Part shown: positions 47,798 to 58,974 of the stretch, in pieces | Layout of the letters: the number at the start of each line of letters is the position of its first letter | Numbering within the stretch: the first letter of the stretch is position 1 | Assembly: GCA_964022095.1 (NCBI GenBank) | Contig: CAXHZO010000007.1 | Location: 1-64,000, forward strand | Source of the DNA: an uncultured Arcobacteraceae bacterium | Lineage (GTDB): Bacteria; Campylobacterota; Campylobacteria; Campylobacterales; Arcobacteraceae | DNA: 64,000 nt | Reading direction: 5' to 3' | Notes under the pieces: generated by a model | What the model was told of the DNA's origin: nothing | The model's input: only the letters and a program-made list of their open reading frames with translations | Database searches by the model: none | Program-made: the position numbers and the translations under genes

Positions 47798-49570
47798 ATG
47801 AAAATTTTTCTCTTATTCTTTCTTATCCTTTCTTCATTATCTTTTTCTTATGACAATAATTTTGTTAATAAATTATATTTTCATATTGATAAACAAAATA
47901 ATTCATTTGTGAATATTAAAAATAAAGCTTTCGAAAACTTAACTAAAGAGCAAGTAAATTATGGTCTTACTCAAAATACTTCTATTTGGATTAAACTAGA
48001 ACTTCAAAATAATTCGAATAAAAATATAAACAAAGTCTTAGAAATAAACAATCCTTTACTCGAAGAACTAGTACTTTTTAATGAAAAAGAATATATAAGT
48101 AAAAGTGGTATGTTAAATATTTCTTCAAATAGAAAAACCATAAATCCATACTTTGAACTAAATTTAGATGCAAATTCTAAAAAAACATATTATTTGAAAG
48201 TAGTTAATAAAACTACTGCTTTGCAGTTTTCTATAAATTTTGTTGATAAAGATATATTTTTTACAAATGATATAAATAAACAATTTATGATTATTCTTTT
48301 TTTAGGAATAATCACAGCTTTTTTTGTTTATGCTCTTGTATTGTTTTTTTATACAAAAGATAAAAGTTATCTATTTTATTCATTATATATAGTTTTTTTA
48401 CTTTTCCAACAATTAACATATGTTGGATTCTTACCTTTATATACTTCAGATAGGTTTACATATATTGATAATTTAATAGTAGTTCCTAAAGTTGGTTTTT
48501 TAATTATTGCAGGAATTCTTTTTGCAAGAAGTTTTTTAAAAACAAAAATATATAAAAAAATTGATAATATTTACAGATATATACTATATTCAGTTGTCTT
48601 CCAAATATTATTTTTATCAACTCCTTGGTTTTATTATCCTGAATTTACTATTTTAACTGGACTTATTTTTATTTGTTTTAATATGTATACTGCAATTTAC
48701 GTATATAAAAAAGGAAATAAACAAGCAAGATTTTTCATTGTTGGGTGGTCATTTTTAATTATTGGTTTCTTCTTATCTATTGTTGATGCTTTAGGGGTAT
48801 ATTCAATTATGTATCATTTCCCTATCTTAGTATTAGTCCTTACTAGTATTGAAGCACTATTTTTATTATTAGCTTTTGTGGATAAGATAAATATTTTACA
48901 AAGACAAAAAACTATTTCAGATAAAAAATTATTTAAAGAATTAAAAGAGAGGAATTCTATAATTGAAAAAGAGGTTGATTCTAGAACTAAAATGTTAAAT
49001 GAGTTATATAAAGAATTACATCATAGAGTAAAGAATAATCTTCAAATTATTCTTTCAATTATAAGACTACAAGGTGAAAAATTCCAAGAAGAGGTTTTAA
49101 AAGAACAATTTATTAAATTAGAAAACCGTATTAAATCAATATCTAAAACTCATGAAATTTTATATTTAAATGATGATATTGAAAAAATAGATATGTACGA
49201 GTATATTTATAGTTTATGTGAAGATATAGAGATGTCATTTGATAGAAATGATATTAAAGTCATAATTGATACAAATACTAAAATGCCTTTAAAAGAGGCT
49301 GTTTATGTAGGTATTATAATAAATGAGTTAGTTTACAATAGTATGAAGTATGCATTAACTTGTACAAAAATAGATATAAATCTCTATAAAGATAAAAAGT
49401 TTTTTACGCTTAATATTTGTGATGATGGAGTAGGGTATGATTATAATTTAATCTCAAAAGATTCTTTAGGATTAAAGCTTGTTAATAATCTTGTATCTTC
49501 ACAATTAGAAGGAAACATACAAATAAATAGTGAAAATAAATGCGAATATAATATAAGGTTTAAAATATGA
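47798..49570 (+). CDS. 7TMR-DISM sensor histidine kinase (HisKA_2/HWE-like)
   Basis: Signal peptide, DISMED2-like WIKLEL, seven TM helices, ELHHRVKNNLQ, NELVYNSMKYA, DDGVG, SLGL. Confidence 0.9.
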   Translation: MKIFLLFFLILSSLSFSYDNNFVNKLYFHIDKQNNSFVNIKNKAFENLTKEQVNYGLTQNTSIWIKLELQNNSNKNINKVLEINNPLLEELVLFNEKEYISKSGMLNISSNRKTINPYFELNLDANSKKTYYLKVVNKTTALQFSINFVDKDIFFTNDINKQFMIILFLGIITAFFVYALVLFFYTKDKSYLFYSLYIVFLLFQQLTYVGFLPLYTSDRFTYIDNLIVVPKVGFLIIAGILFARSFLKTKIYKKIDNIYRYILYSVVFQILFLSTPWFYYPEFTILTGLIFICFNMYTAIYVYKKGNKQARFFIVGWSFLIIGFFLSIVDALGVYSIMYHFPILVLVLTSIEALFLLLAFVDKINILQRQKTISDKKLFKELKERNSIIEKEVDSRTKMLNELYKELHHRVKNNLQIILSIIRLQGEKFQEEVLKEQFIKLENRIKSISKTHEILYLNDDIEKIDMYEYIYSLCEDIEMSFDRNDIKVIIDTNTKMPLKEAVYVGIIINELVYNSMKYALTCTKIDINLYKDKKFFTLNICDDGVGYDYNLISKDSLGLKLVNNLVSSQLEGNIQINSENKCEYNIRFKI

Positions 49571-50253
49571 AAATACCAGTGTTAATTGTTGAAGATGAAA
49601 GTATTGTTGTAATGGAAATAGAGAGTTATTTAAATAGTATAGATTTTGAGGTAATAGGTACTGCAGATAATTTTAAAGATGCTTATTCTTTGGCAATAGA
49701 ATATAAACCTCATATTATATTGATGGATATAAAACTAAAAGGAAATATTGATGGCATTGACACAGCAAGTAAAATATTAAATGAAATTGATACTACTATT
49801 ATATATTTAACTGCATATTGTGATGAAGAAACACTACAGCGTGTAGTAAAAACAAACCCTAGTGCATATCTTGTTAAACCTTTTAATAAAAAAGAGTTAT
49901 TTGCATCACTAAAAATTGCATCTTTTTCATATAATAAAAAGAACCAAGAGTGCAATATTGAAAAAGGAGATTTTATCCTTGATGATGAATTTAGTTTTGA
50001 TAGTAAAAACCAACAGTTAATTTGTTGTAATGATTATTTACATCTTACAAAAAGAGAGCAAGAACTTTTAAATCTTTTACTTAAATCAAAAAATTCTATT
50101 GTTTATATTGATGACATTGAAAATGAAATTTGGCCAGATAAATTACCAAATGAAAATACTAGAAGAGCACTAGTTAGTAGATTAAGATCAAAATTAAAAT
50201 ATAAGTTTATAGAAACAATTCCTTCTATTGGATATCGAATTAATGTTAATTAA
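49567..50253 (+). CDS. Response regulator, REC plus OmpR-type winged helix
   Basis: VLIVEDE, ILMDI, YLTA, KPF; LTKREQELL, RALVSRLRSKL, GYR. Confidence 0.92.
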   Translation: MKIPVLIVEDESIVVMEIESYLNSIDFEVIGTADNFKDAYSLAIEYKPHIILMDIKLKGNIDGIDTASKILNEIDTTIIYLTAYCDEETLQRVVKTNPSAYLVKPFNKKELFASLKIASFSYNKKNQECNIEKGDFILDDEFSFDSKNQQLICCNDYLHLTKREQELLNLLLKSKNSIVYIDDIENEIWPDKLPNENTRRALVSRLRSKLKYKFIETIPSIGYRINVN

Positions 50254-50282
50254 GAGAAAAGTTTTTTTTGCTTTTCTCTTTT
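50252..50282. terminator. Bidirectional terminator between convergent genes
   Basis: AAGAGAAAAGT...GCTTTTCTCTT stem between the response-regulator stop and the giant-ORF stop. Confidence 0.65.
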
Positions 50283-50287
50283 ACTTA

Positions 50288-53200
50288 TTAGTTATCTCTT
50301 ACACATCTGATTAATAAACTATCTGTTTTAGGAAAACTATCTGCTCCTCCTGCTCCCCAATAATAAATCCCTATTACATTACTTATATCTAATTCTTCAT
50401 CTGTCCAATATGCAGTATTTGTGTCTACAATTTGGAATACTGATTCAATGGCAGGTGTATCTGAACTATCAATAGTTGTATTTAATTCACTTTGTGTTGG
50501 AACTCTCCATGAACTATTTGAATTATTATCATCTAAATTAACTTCATTTGAACAATAATTTGAAGCATTATCAAATACTCTTTGATTCATAAAACTTGAG
50601 GTATCTACCCATTGTAGATTATTATCATAATCTGTGATAATGTTTAAATAGTCACTTCTTAAATAACCTGTTACATTTTGAGGTACATCATATTGTTGTT
50701 TTTTGATTACTACATTAGAACCATCAGCGATATTTGTATTAATCATATTTCCATAAACATTAGCTCCTATATATAAAGAGTGTTTATTTGCATCTGAAAT
50801 AATATCTGCGGATGTAATATTATTATAAGCAGTAGTACCGGCTTCCCAAGTATATGAACCTAAAACAACTCCATCTATGTCATTCATTACTTTCATATGC
50901 ATATTTCGAGGTGCAGTTGTTGAAGAATTATTTCTTTGTGTGTATATTACATAAGTTATACCATCAATTGTCGTAGTTCCACCTGTTGTAATAAGATTAC
51001 CTTCTCCTAGTATTTTACTCCACTGGTAATTACCATTTTTATTTCTTTTTATTATTGTTCCATGATATGATGAATCTAATACTTCTTCATCAAAAAGTTT
51101 TAATTTTGTTTGACCAGTTGTATAAATGTCATTAGTACTATTTGTATCAATAGTAAATAATCCTGTCATATTATAATTTGCACCTCCAACATTTCCTCTT
51201 GAAAATTGAAAGTCTGTATTTAAATCTAATTTTGAGATATTTTTATTTATGATTGAAAGATGATTATTTTCATTATCTCCTATAAATTTCGTATAATCAT
51301 CTACTAAACTTTTATTTGAAATAGCTATTCCATTTAAGTTATATGTATATATAAACGACTCTGAATTTTGATCAACATAAAGATTTATTCCACTAGCTGT
51401 TTTAGAAACTCCAATAGCTAAATCATCATTTATATCACCAACTTGATTTGCAAAAATTAAAGAACCATCAATAGTAGAAACTTTTAATAATCCTGCATCT
51501 TGTAATCCTGCATTTGAATTATTATCAAGTGAGCCATTAGTTGTAATAGCTAAATATAAACTAGTGTCATCTATTATGAAATCATTAAATAAATCATATT
51601 CACTACTTCCTAATAGTTTTTCCCATTTAGTTACACCATTTCTATCAATTTTTGATAAATAGATATCTCCACTTAGGTTTGTAACCCCTTCAATATTTGC
51701 AGTTGTGTTACCTGCAACATATATATTCCCATCCGTGTCTGTTTGTAATTTCATATTATAAATTGTATCAAGACCAAATCGTTTTATCCAATCATTATCT
51801 GTACAAACAGATGTAGAGCTTTCAAAGCTAATTGAACTAATTAAATTAGCTGTTGTCATCAAAATAGTTTCATTTGTATCTTTTATTACTATTTCAAATC
51901 CATCATTTACATCAATACAAGCAGGTACTTTTATCATAATTTCAACCCATCCATTTTCATTAGTATAATAACTATGTCTGTTTGAAGGACTATATGAAAG
52001 ATTTATAAAGTCATTATAAATAGTTTCATTAATATCTTTTATTAAATATGGTTCATCAAAAGTATTATCATCATTTGTAATTAGCATATCAAAATAAACC
52101 TCTTTATAACTCATTATATTTCCAAATCTATCAAGTGCTTGGAATTTGATATTTGATATTTCCCCTTGTTTAAGAGGTGCATTTGAAACACTTAAAGTAT
52201 TTTGAGCATTTAAAATATCAATGCTTCCATTTTGAACATATACTTGAATAGTACAGTCATAATAGTTTGTAGCTTTTATAGTTATTATCCAATTTCCAGC
52301 TTTTGTAGGGATGTTATTTGTTCCATTTACAATAAGTGATAATTTTCCTGCTACTAATGTATAATCACTACCTTCTACAAGTGGTATTTCATCTTGTCCA
52401 TAATCCTCTTGAATTGTAATACTTTCAATAGAATCTCTCCAATCTTGATCGTCAGTAAATGTAAAATCTATTTCATTTTCATCAATTGTGTGAGAGCCAA
52501 TATTTATATTTGGGTAGTTTTTAGAATTTACTGATAAATTTAATATAAAATCATCACTTCCACTACTATTAGTAGCTGTTATAAGAATATTTGAAAAATA
52601 TCCAGATTGTGCTATTCCTGAAATATTTCCAGTTGTTGTGTCAATTATCATCCAAGTAGGATTATTGGCAATACTCCATGAAGTTGCAACTCCACCTATA
52701 TTGTTGATATTTAAATTTAATACTTGTCCTACTTCATATGTAGGTATTATTTGCCTCTGTAGTATTGGTACTGGTATATCGATTGTAGTAGAACTAAAAG
52801 TATCAGATATCCCTCCCACTGTTAGAATAGTATTAACTGTTGAACTATAAAGATTTGAACTTGTATGTCTAACAAATATTTGTTGAGAATTTTCAATTGT
52901 TGTATTTATAGTGAACCAATCTTTATTATTAAATGAATATTCACCATTTGTAATACTTAAATCAACTGTTTCATTAATTCCTGTTATCGTAATAATTGAT
53001 GATACTATACTTGATAGTTGTGAATCTATAACATCTATAAAAGTAAATTGGTTAGGAGTAAAGTCACCTTTATTTGGGTCTGTAATTGTTCTACTAACTA
53101 GTTGCGAAGTTTTTCCACCTATATTTAGTGTTGTTATAGTTTCAGTTGAGTATTCATCTGAACTTGTATGTCTTACTTTTATTAAACTAGTATTTGTAAC

Positions 53201-56200
53201 TAAATCTTCACTAGTTTTCCATATTCCAGAATCATCAATAGTGTATTCACCATTTATTACACTAATTGGTGCATATCCATTTATTCCTTCAATTACAATA
53301 TCTTTAGTAACTAAAGTACTTAATTCAACATCTTCAAAAGTTTGAAGTGAAAAATCATTTGGCGTTGTATCAGGTTCAATAACATTGATTATATAATGTT
53401 CAACATCTTCAAATCTATCATTTTTTGCTGTAACTTTTATATCGTATGTTCCAGCAGAACCAAGTGGTGGAGTTCCTTCTAATTTAAGTGTTTTTGAACC
53501 ATAGATATATTCAGATGATGTTATCCAATCTGGTTTATTCTCAATTATAAATTCATCAATATATCCATTATTTATCTCATTTTGAGAGATGATTTCAAAA
53601 TCAACTTTATTGTATTCATTTTCATTTTTTAAAGTGATATTTAAAGGAGGATATGAATAAATATTAGGTTCTGATTTTGCTAACCAAGTGGTAAAATATT
53701 TATGTACAACTAGATTATCATCTTGAACATTGATTCTAAATTTAGTTTTTATACTACTATCTTTTAGAGGTAAATCAACAGTCATATTACAATTTCCATC
53801 ACTACTACACGTTAATTTAGCTCTTTGTAGAAAATTCACTTCATCTGTATTTGTTCCTGTATAATACTCTTCGTCAGTTTCTGGATTCATTTGAGTAAAA
53901 GTTACATTTAAATCATTCATTGAACTTTCATTATCAACAACTTTAAAGTTGATTGATGTATGGAAGTTATTAGAATGTTCCATAATATGTATTTGCTCAA
54001 AATCAGTTCCGAAGATCTCAGGTTCAGTATTATCTATATGAAATGTATCTATGATACTTAAAGCATCACTGTTTATAGATAAATCATCTTTTAATTTATG
54101 ACCAATAGCAAGAATATACCTTGAATCTAAAAAAACTGATTCTTTTGCTTCATATTTAATATTCTCTTCAAATATTTTTGTGTAAGGAAAATCTAAAGTA
54201 TCTCTTTTTAAATCATCAGGATAAACAGTTAACCAATCACTTAAAAAATATGGATAAATATCATTTTCTATGTAGTTACTTGCATGAACTCTTTCTTTTT
54301 GAACATCTCCAAATCTATAGTTTTTATTATCTGCATTATAAATTAAATTTATTACACCAACAAATGTACTATCTAGATAGTTGTAATTGATAACTTTTAC
54401 TTTTGCAAGTCTATTAACAATTCCTGAATTTATGTTTTTCATTTTGTTTTTTAAACTACTACCAAAAGGATTTACTAAACCTGTTCCTTTATTATAACTA
54501 TGATGAGAAAATGTATATTGTCTTAAATCTATTGGTCTAAAAGTATTATCTTTAAACTCATAAAGTGTCAAATATGTTTCATCAATCCAATACTCTTGAG
54601 TATTTAAATAGTCATCATAACTTATATGTTTGATTTTTGCAGATTTTAGTAGTACCGTTTCATCATCTATTAATAGAATATCTTGAGGGACATGCGCTAA
54701 TATTTCTTCTTTTATAAGTGTAATACTATCTTTTGTTACAGTATATACCAAGATTTTTCCATCATTTTGATCTATATTTGGAAGGATAGCAAAAACTTGT
54801 ATTGTATTTTCATTCACTCTTTTTGTTGTTACATGAATAGGTGCAGAACCTATTGGAAATTTAATTTCACCTCTAACATCACCATAAGTATCTCCATCTT
54901 TTATATCTAATATTGCTAGTCTTGCTTGTTCATTAAAATATTCATATTCTTTTTTAAATACAAGTAGATTATTTGTATCAATGAAACTGATATTATTGAT
55001 TGCATCACTTGTAAACCTTCTATGGTTTTTTAATTGTATAAGAGGTTTGTATTGTTCTTCTAAGGCAGCACTATTAATCCCTAATCCCCAAGATAGATTT
55101 TTATTTTCATCTATATTTGCAATTTTAATTTGGTCTTCATAGTCATAAATTATTGCTTTATTATTATATACATCATAAAGACGCATTTCATTAGCTAATA
55201 AAAAATCTCTTTCTTTTAAATTTAATAATGAGTAATCCATAGGTTCTTTTGCATTATTAGGATTACTATCAACTATTGCATCTTCAACATTTATTATTTC
55301 ATAGTCTATAAAATCTCCTAGTTGGATATCTATATGAAATGATATTAAAGCACTTGGGTCATTTATTCTATCTCTATTATGAGCTAATTGTTTTTCTCTA
55401 TTTTCTGTATCTATAATTTCAACAGAAGTAGCTAGATTAACAGCATCGTATACAGGATAATCAGTTACAGACAATCTATAACTATTATTTCCTAAAGGTG
55501 TCCATCTAAATCCATCTACATTATTATATAAATCTTCTAAATAAAATGTTTTAGATAATACTCCAATCATGTCATCATCAACACCTCCTCCATCTCCTTC
55601 AAAAAGTCCTATTTCTAAATAAATAGATGCAGTGTTATTTGAACTTGGGTATGAAGCATCATATAAAGAAAAATCTGTACCAATATTTAAAAAATCTCCA
55701 TCTTTAATACCATTGTAGTTTTTACTTTTTAATAAATATCCTTTAAAAGGTAAATTAGGAAGGGTTTTATAATTGTTTGTGCCATTGTCATATATTAGTT
55801 CTCCATTTATCATATATGGAGCATTTGATGCAAATGAACCATTATATGTAGGATTTTCGTCACTAATTACACCAACTCTTGTTCTTAACTTTACTTCTGC
55901 ATTTCCATCTTCTAAATTATGAATTATATGTACAGAATCTAGTGTAACACTTGTGTCAACTACTGGTAAAGAATCTACTTCTTTTATAGTTATATTTGAA
56001 CGAGTTTTTCTATTTTCAAAACTTGAATAAAAATAGTTAGCTTCAGATCTCATAGTATTGTATCCTTGAGAACCTAATCCTCCAAGAGTATCATTTACAT
56101 CTAATAAGTTATTAAATATATCAATACCCTCTGCAAAAGATGATAGTTTTTCAGCTGTTGCTAATGTGGCTAAACTTTGAGCATTTGCTGTACCATTTTT

Positions 56201-58924
56201 TATATCATCAAAAGCTGCTACCATTTCGTTGTATTGTGTTGAACCTTCTTCTAAATTATCAAGAATCCCATTTTTTAGGTTTTCTAGTTCTGTTGCATTA
56301 AAATAATCTCCTGAGATTAATCCTCCAACTGAACCATATAAATTATATCCTGCACTAATAGCTCCAATTCCACTACAAGCTAAAGAAGCGTATTCTAGTT
56401 TTTCATCAAAAGAAGTATAATGGTTCGGTATTTCTGCATTCCCTGAGATTGAAAATCCTAAATTTTGATTTTGAATTCCATAAAATTGGTCATTAGTAGA
56501 AAATCTATTTAAAAAGAAATCGGCTTCTCCTAAAGGTTCATCTTCTCCATTTATTTCATTTTGTCTTATTTCTTGCATTGTTGATATTGTATTACAAACC
56601 AAAGCAGCGTAATTCCCAGTAGCAACTGCTAAAGCTTGATTTACTATATATTTAGCAACTGCAAATATTTGCAATGAAGAATCAACTTCATCTTCATCTA
56701 AAGCACTATATTGAAAAGCAAAAGGAATTGTAGTTGTAGCCATTCTTTCTTTTGTAAGTGCTAATATAGGCATATTTATTGGAATATCTGGATGATAAAA
56801 AGTGTCATATTCTTTTACTAATGGATTATCAACTGAAGCTTTGCCAATAGAATCTTGAATTCCATAATGATAATCTACTGGAAAATTAACATCATTGATT
56901 TGGATAATACTATTTTTCCACTCATCATAAACATCTGTATATGTGTCATAAATCAGTCTGAATTTTGCATCATTAAGCTGTTTTGATAGATTTTTTTCAT
57001 ATTTAATCAATAGATACTGTTTCATATCTTCATTTAATGAAGTATATGTAAAAGAAGGATAAAACATATTAAAAATATTTTCTAAACTATCATTGAATTC
57101 ATTACAAATTTGATTTTCTCTAAATAATGCCATATCTCTGCCATTATCATTCCAACATTTATATGCAGGGTATTGAGGGTTTTCTTGAAATTCATTTTCT
57201 ATATCTTTCCCCATATCAAGTTTAGGAGCCATATTTGTATGTAAAGATAACTTTACTTCTGCTCTTGACCCTATAGATTCTCCATCGTGTGAGAATTCTG
57301 CATTTTTCATCTCAGAAATAATGAATTTTTTACGGTTTGCAGTTTCATTTGTTCTTAAAGATATTTTATAATTACTATCTAAAAGTTCAGTTGTACTTTC
57401 TTTCATAACATAATAAGATGTAATTTTATTTGTAGAGGTATCAATAGTGTATTGATTACTCTCCCCATAAATTCTAGGTATTGCATAAATTGTCCAAGTT
57501 CCATTTTCTCTAGGTAGTACTAAGTCAATTGATCCAACATTTATGTGACTTGTCAATATTCCTGATGGAGATTGAATAAGATATTGAATTGAACTATTAG
57601 TTGAATTTTCATTAATAAATGAAATAATTTGATTACTTTCACTACTATAATCTAATATTGAGAATTTCATTATATATGATTGAAAAAAAGTCTCATTATT
57701 TGGATTTGAAGATATTCTATTTACTAAATCATAAGCACCATTTGAGGGTATCAGTTCTTTTTCAAAATCACTAGGTTTTTTTATTCCCATAATATTTGCT
57801 TCAATTTTATTGTCATCTTCTGTCATATAATAAGGGATACAAATATCTTCTTCGAATACAGGAATAAATACTTTTTGTTTTTCATAAGCTTCTAATCTTG
57901 TATTAAAAAGTATTTTATCTTTATGTTTAAATTCAATATCAACAGCAGCAGAAGATTTATTATAAAGTGTTAGTTCTGCAAGACCTGTTTCATTTAATTG
58001 AAAATATCTTTGCCCATCTTCATTTCCTAGTAAAGGCACTGTGGTATCTATTGTTGCATAAATATTTGTTCCATTTACTGGAGTGTTTTCTATACCCATT
58101 ATATGAAATGGATAAGATTTTTCTATTCCTCTACATTCCATAAATTGGTGTGATTTATATTTCAAGAAATCATTAGGAGATACCTGTAAATCACCATTAT
58201 TCTCATTTATAGAATTAAGTATATTGTTATCTTGTAAATCTAATACTGCTTTACTAAAAGATCTAGATTTAGCAACAGTTGTGTTTACAGGAACGTTTTG
58301 CATAGAATTAATTATGGTAAAAAATATTGGTTGTAAATCTTTTATTGCATTTTTTAGATTTTTAAATTCATTATATGTAAGAAGTTCTTGATCAAATCCT
58401 GAGAGTTTATTATTATATGCAATCCATTGTTGTTTTACATACTCATCATTTGCTGTTGTGCTTAAAGTTTCTGTTTGATTAGTACTTGACCATACTCTAA
58501 AGTCACTAGTTTTTAAAGTATCAACTTGTGTATCAACTATAGATAAACTATCAAATGCATTTTGAGTAATTGATTTATTTGTTAACAAGGGTTTTAATAA
58601 GATTTCTTTTTCTAAATCTTTTATTAGATTTACTAAATCTTCAGATTGCAAACTTGAATCTTTCTCTTTTAATTTAATAAAAAACTCAAGAGGATCTTGA
58701 CTATTTAGACTAGTTGCTAATTCTTGAGTATTTGTAATACCTAAATCATTTAAAGACTTAGAAACTTTTGCAACTGATTCTAAATCTTCTAATTGAGTAA
58801 ACACAGTTTCTTTAGTAGTTGAAATCGCAGTTTCGCTACTTTCTGTTCCACCTCCTATACAAGAGGTAAAAAATAAAATTGCAAATATATGCAAAATTAT
58901 AATTTTAAATTTACGTAGTAACAT
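50288..58924 (-). CDS. Giant (2878 aa) multidomain surface lipoprotein with Ig-like repeats, SBBP-like propeller and C-terminal DUF1566/Lcl domain
   Basis: Lipobox FTSC; He_PIG-like SWSIANNPTWMIIDTTTGNISG; two DxTPNxF repeats; DUF1533-like FTDDQDWRDSI; DTDGNIYVAGNT; terminal WRVPTQSEL..YWT..IRCVRD. Confidence 0.8.
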   Translation of the reverse strand: MLLRKFKIIILHIFAILFFTSCIGGGTESSETAISTTKETVFTQLEDLESVAKVSKSLNDLGITNTQELATSLNSQDPLEFFIKLKEKDSSLQSEDLVNLIKDLEKEILLKPLLTNKSITQNAFDSLSIVDTQVDTLKTSDFRVWSSTNQTETLSTTANDEYVKQQWIAYNNKLSGFDQELLTYNEFKNLKNAIKDLQPIFFTIINSMQNVPVNTTVAKSRSFSKAVLDLQDNNILNSINENNGDLQVSPNDFLKYKSHQFMECRGIEKSYPFHIMGIENTPVNGTNIYATIDTTVPLLGNEDGQRYFQLNETGLAELTLYNKSSAAVDIEFKHKDKILFNTRLEAYEKQKVFIPVFEEDICIPYYMTEDDNKIEANIMGIKKPSDFEKELIPSNGAYDLVNRISSNPNNETFFQSYIMKFSILDYSSESNQIISFINENSTNSSIQYLIQSPSGILTSHINVGSIDLVLPRENGTWTIYAIPRIYGESNQYTIDTSTNKITSYYVMKESTTELLDSNYKISLRTNETANRKKFIISEMKNAEFSHDGESIGSRAEVKLSLHTNMAPKLDMGKDIENEFQENPQYPAYKCWNDNGRDMALFRENQICNEFNDSLENIFNMFYPSFTYTSLNEDMKQYLLIKYEKNLSKQLNDAKFRLIYDTYTDVYDEWKNSIIQINDVNFPVDYHYGIQDSIGKASVDNPLVKEYDTFYHPDIPINMPILALTKERMATTTIPFAFQYSALDEDEVDSSLQIFAVAKYIVNQALAVATGNYAALVCNTISTMQEIRQNEINGEDEPLGEADFFLNRFSTNDQFYGIQNQNLGFSISGNAEIPNHYTSFDEKLEYASLACSGIGAISAGYNLYGSVGGLISGDYFNATELENLKNGILDNLEEGSTQYNEMVAAFDDIKNGTANAQSLATLATAEKLSSFAEGIDIFNNLLDVNDTLGGLGSQGYNTMRSEANYFYSSFENRKTRSNITIKEVDSLPVVDTSVTLDSVHIIHNLEDGNAEVKLRTRVGVISDENPTYNGSFASNAPYMINGELIYDNGTNNYKTLPNLPFKGYLLKSKNYNGIKDGDFLNIGTDFSLYDASYPSSNNTASIYLEIGLFEGDGGGVDDDMIGVLSKTFYLEDLYNNVDGFRWTPLGNNSYRLSVTDYPVYDAVNLATSVEIIDTENREKQLAHNRDRINDPSALISFHIDIQLGDFIDYEIINVEDAIVDSNPNNAKEPMDYSLLNLKERDFLLANEMRLYDVYNNKAIIYDYEDQIKIANIDENKNLSWGLGINSAALEEQYKPLIQLKNHRRFTSDAINNISFIDTNNLLVFKKEYEYFNEQARLAILDIKDGDTYGDVRGEIKFPIGSAPIHVTTKRVNENTIQVFAILPNIDQNDGKILVYTVTKDSITLIKEEILAHVPQDILLIDDETVLLKSAKIKHISYDDYLNTQEYWIDETYLTLYEFKDNTFRPIDLRQYTFSHHSYNKGTGLVNPFGSSLKNKMKNINSGIVNRLAKVKVINYNYLDSTFVGVINLIYNADNKNYRFGDVQKERVHASNYIENDIYPYFLSDWLTVYPDDLKRDTLDFPYTKIFEENIKYEAKESVFLDSRYILAIGHKLKDDLSINSDALSIIDTFHIDNTEPEIFGTDFEQIHIMEHSNNFHTSINFKVVDNESSMNDLNVTFTQMNPETDEEYYTGTNTDEVNFLQRAKLTCSSDGNCNMTVDLPLKDSSIKTKFRINVQDDNLVVHKYFTTWLAKSEPNIYSYPPLNITLKNENEYNKVDFEIISQNEINNGYIDEFIIENKPDWITSSEYIYGSKTLKLEGTPPLGSAGTYDIKVTAKNDRFEDVEHYIINVIEPDTTPNDFSLQTFEDVELSTLVTKDIVIEGINGYAPISVINGEYTIDDSGIWKTSEDLVTNTSLIKVRHTSSDEYSTETITTLNIGGKTSQLVSRTITDPNKGDFTPNQFTFIDVIDSQLSSIVSSIITITGINETVDLSITNGEYSFNNKDWFTINTTIENSQQIFVRHTSSNLYSSTVNTILTVGGISDTFSSTTIDIPVPILQRQIIPTYEVGQVLNLNINNIGGVATSWSIANNPTWMIIDTTTGNISGIAQSGYFSNILITATNSSGSDDFILNLSVNSKNYPNINIGSHTIDENEIDFTFTDDQDWRDSIESITIQEDYGQDEIPLVEGSDYTLVAGKLSLIVNGTNNIPTKAGNWIITIKATNYYDCTIQVYVQNGSIDILNAQNTLSVSNAPLKQGEISNIKFQALDRFGNIMSYKEVYFDMLITNDDNTFDEPYLIKDINETIYNDFINLSYSPSNRHSYYTNENGWVEIMIKVPACIDVNDGFEIVIKDTNETILMTTANLISSISFESSTSVCTDNDWIKRFGLDTIYNMKLQTDTDGNIYVAGNTTANIEGVTNLSGDIYLSKIDRNGVTKWEKLLGSSEYDLFNDFIIDDTSLYLAITTNGSLDNNSNAGLQDAGLLKVSTIDGSLIFANQVGDINDDLAIGVSKTASGINLYVDQNSESFIYTYNLNGIAISNKSLVDDYTKFIGDNENNHLSIINKNISKLDLNTDFQFSRGNVGGANYNMTGLFTIDTNSTNDIYTTGQTKLKLFDEEVLDSSYHGTIIKRNKNGNYQWSKILGEGNLITTGGTTTIDGITYVIYTQRNNSSTTAPRNMHMKVMNDIDGVVLGSYTWEAGTTAYNNITSADIISDANKHSLYIGANVYGNMINTNIADGSNVVIKKQQYDVPQNVTGYLRSDYLNIITDYDNNLQWVDTSSFMNQRVFDNASNYCSNEVNLDDNNSNSSWRVPTQSELNTTIDSSDTPAIESVFQIVDTNTAYWTDEELDISNVIGIYYWGAGGADSFPKTDSLLIRCVRDN
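52780..53374 (-). repeat. Two tandem ~100-aa Ig-like repeats within the giant lipoprotein
   Basis: PDTTPNDF..GIN..ISVINGEY..VRHTSS..TTLNIGG and GDFTPNQF..GIN..LSITNGEY..VRHTSS..TILTVGG. Confidence 0.75.
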
Positions 58925-58974
58925 TGGAATGCCTTTATATTTTTATGTTCTTATAACTAATTATATTATTCAGG

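Noticed and set aside
50288-50670. Diversity-generating retroelement targeting the C-terminal DUF1566/Lcl domain
   Set aside because: No reverse transcriptase in the window, and I saw no template-repeat copy of the gene's 3' end; a remote DGR cannot be excluded.
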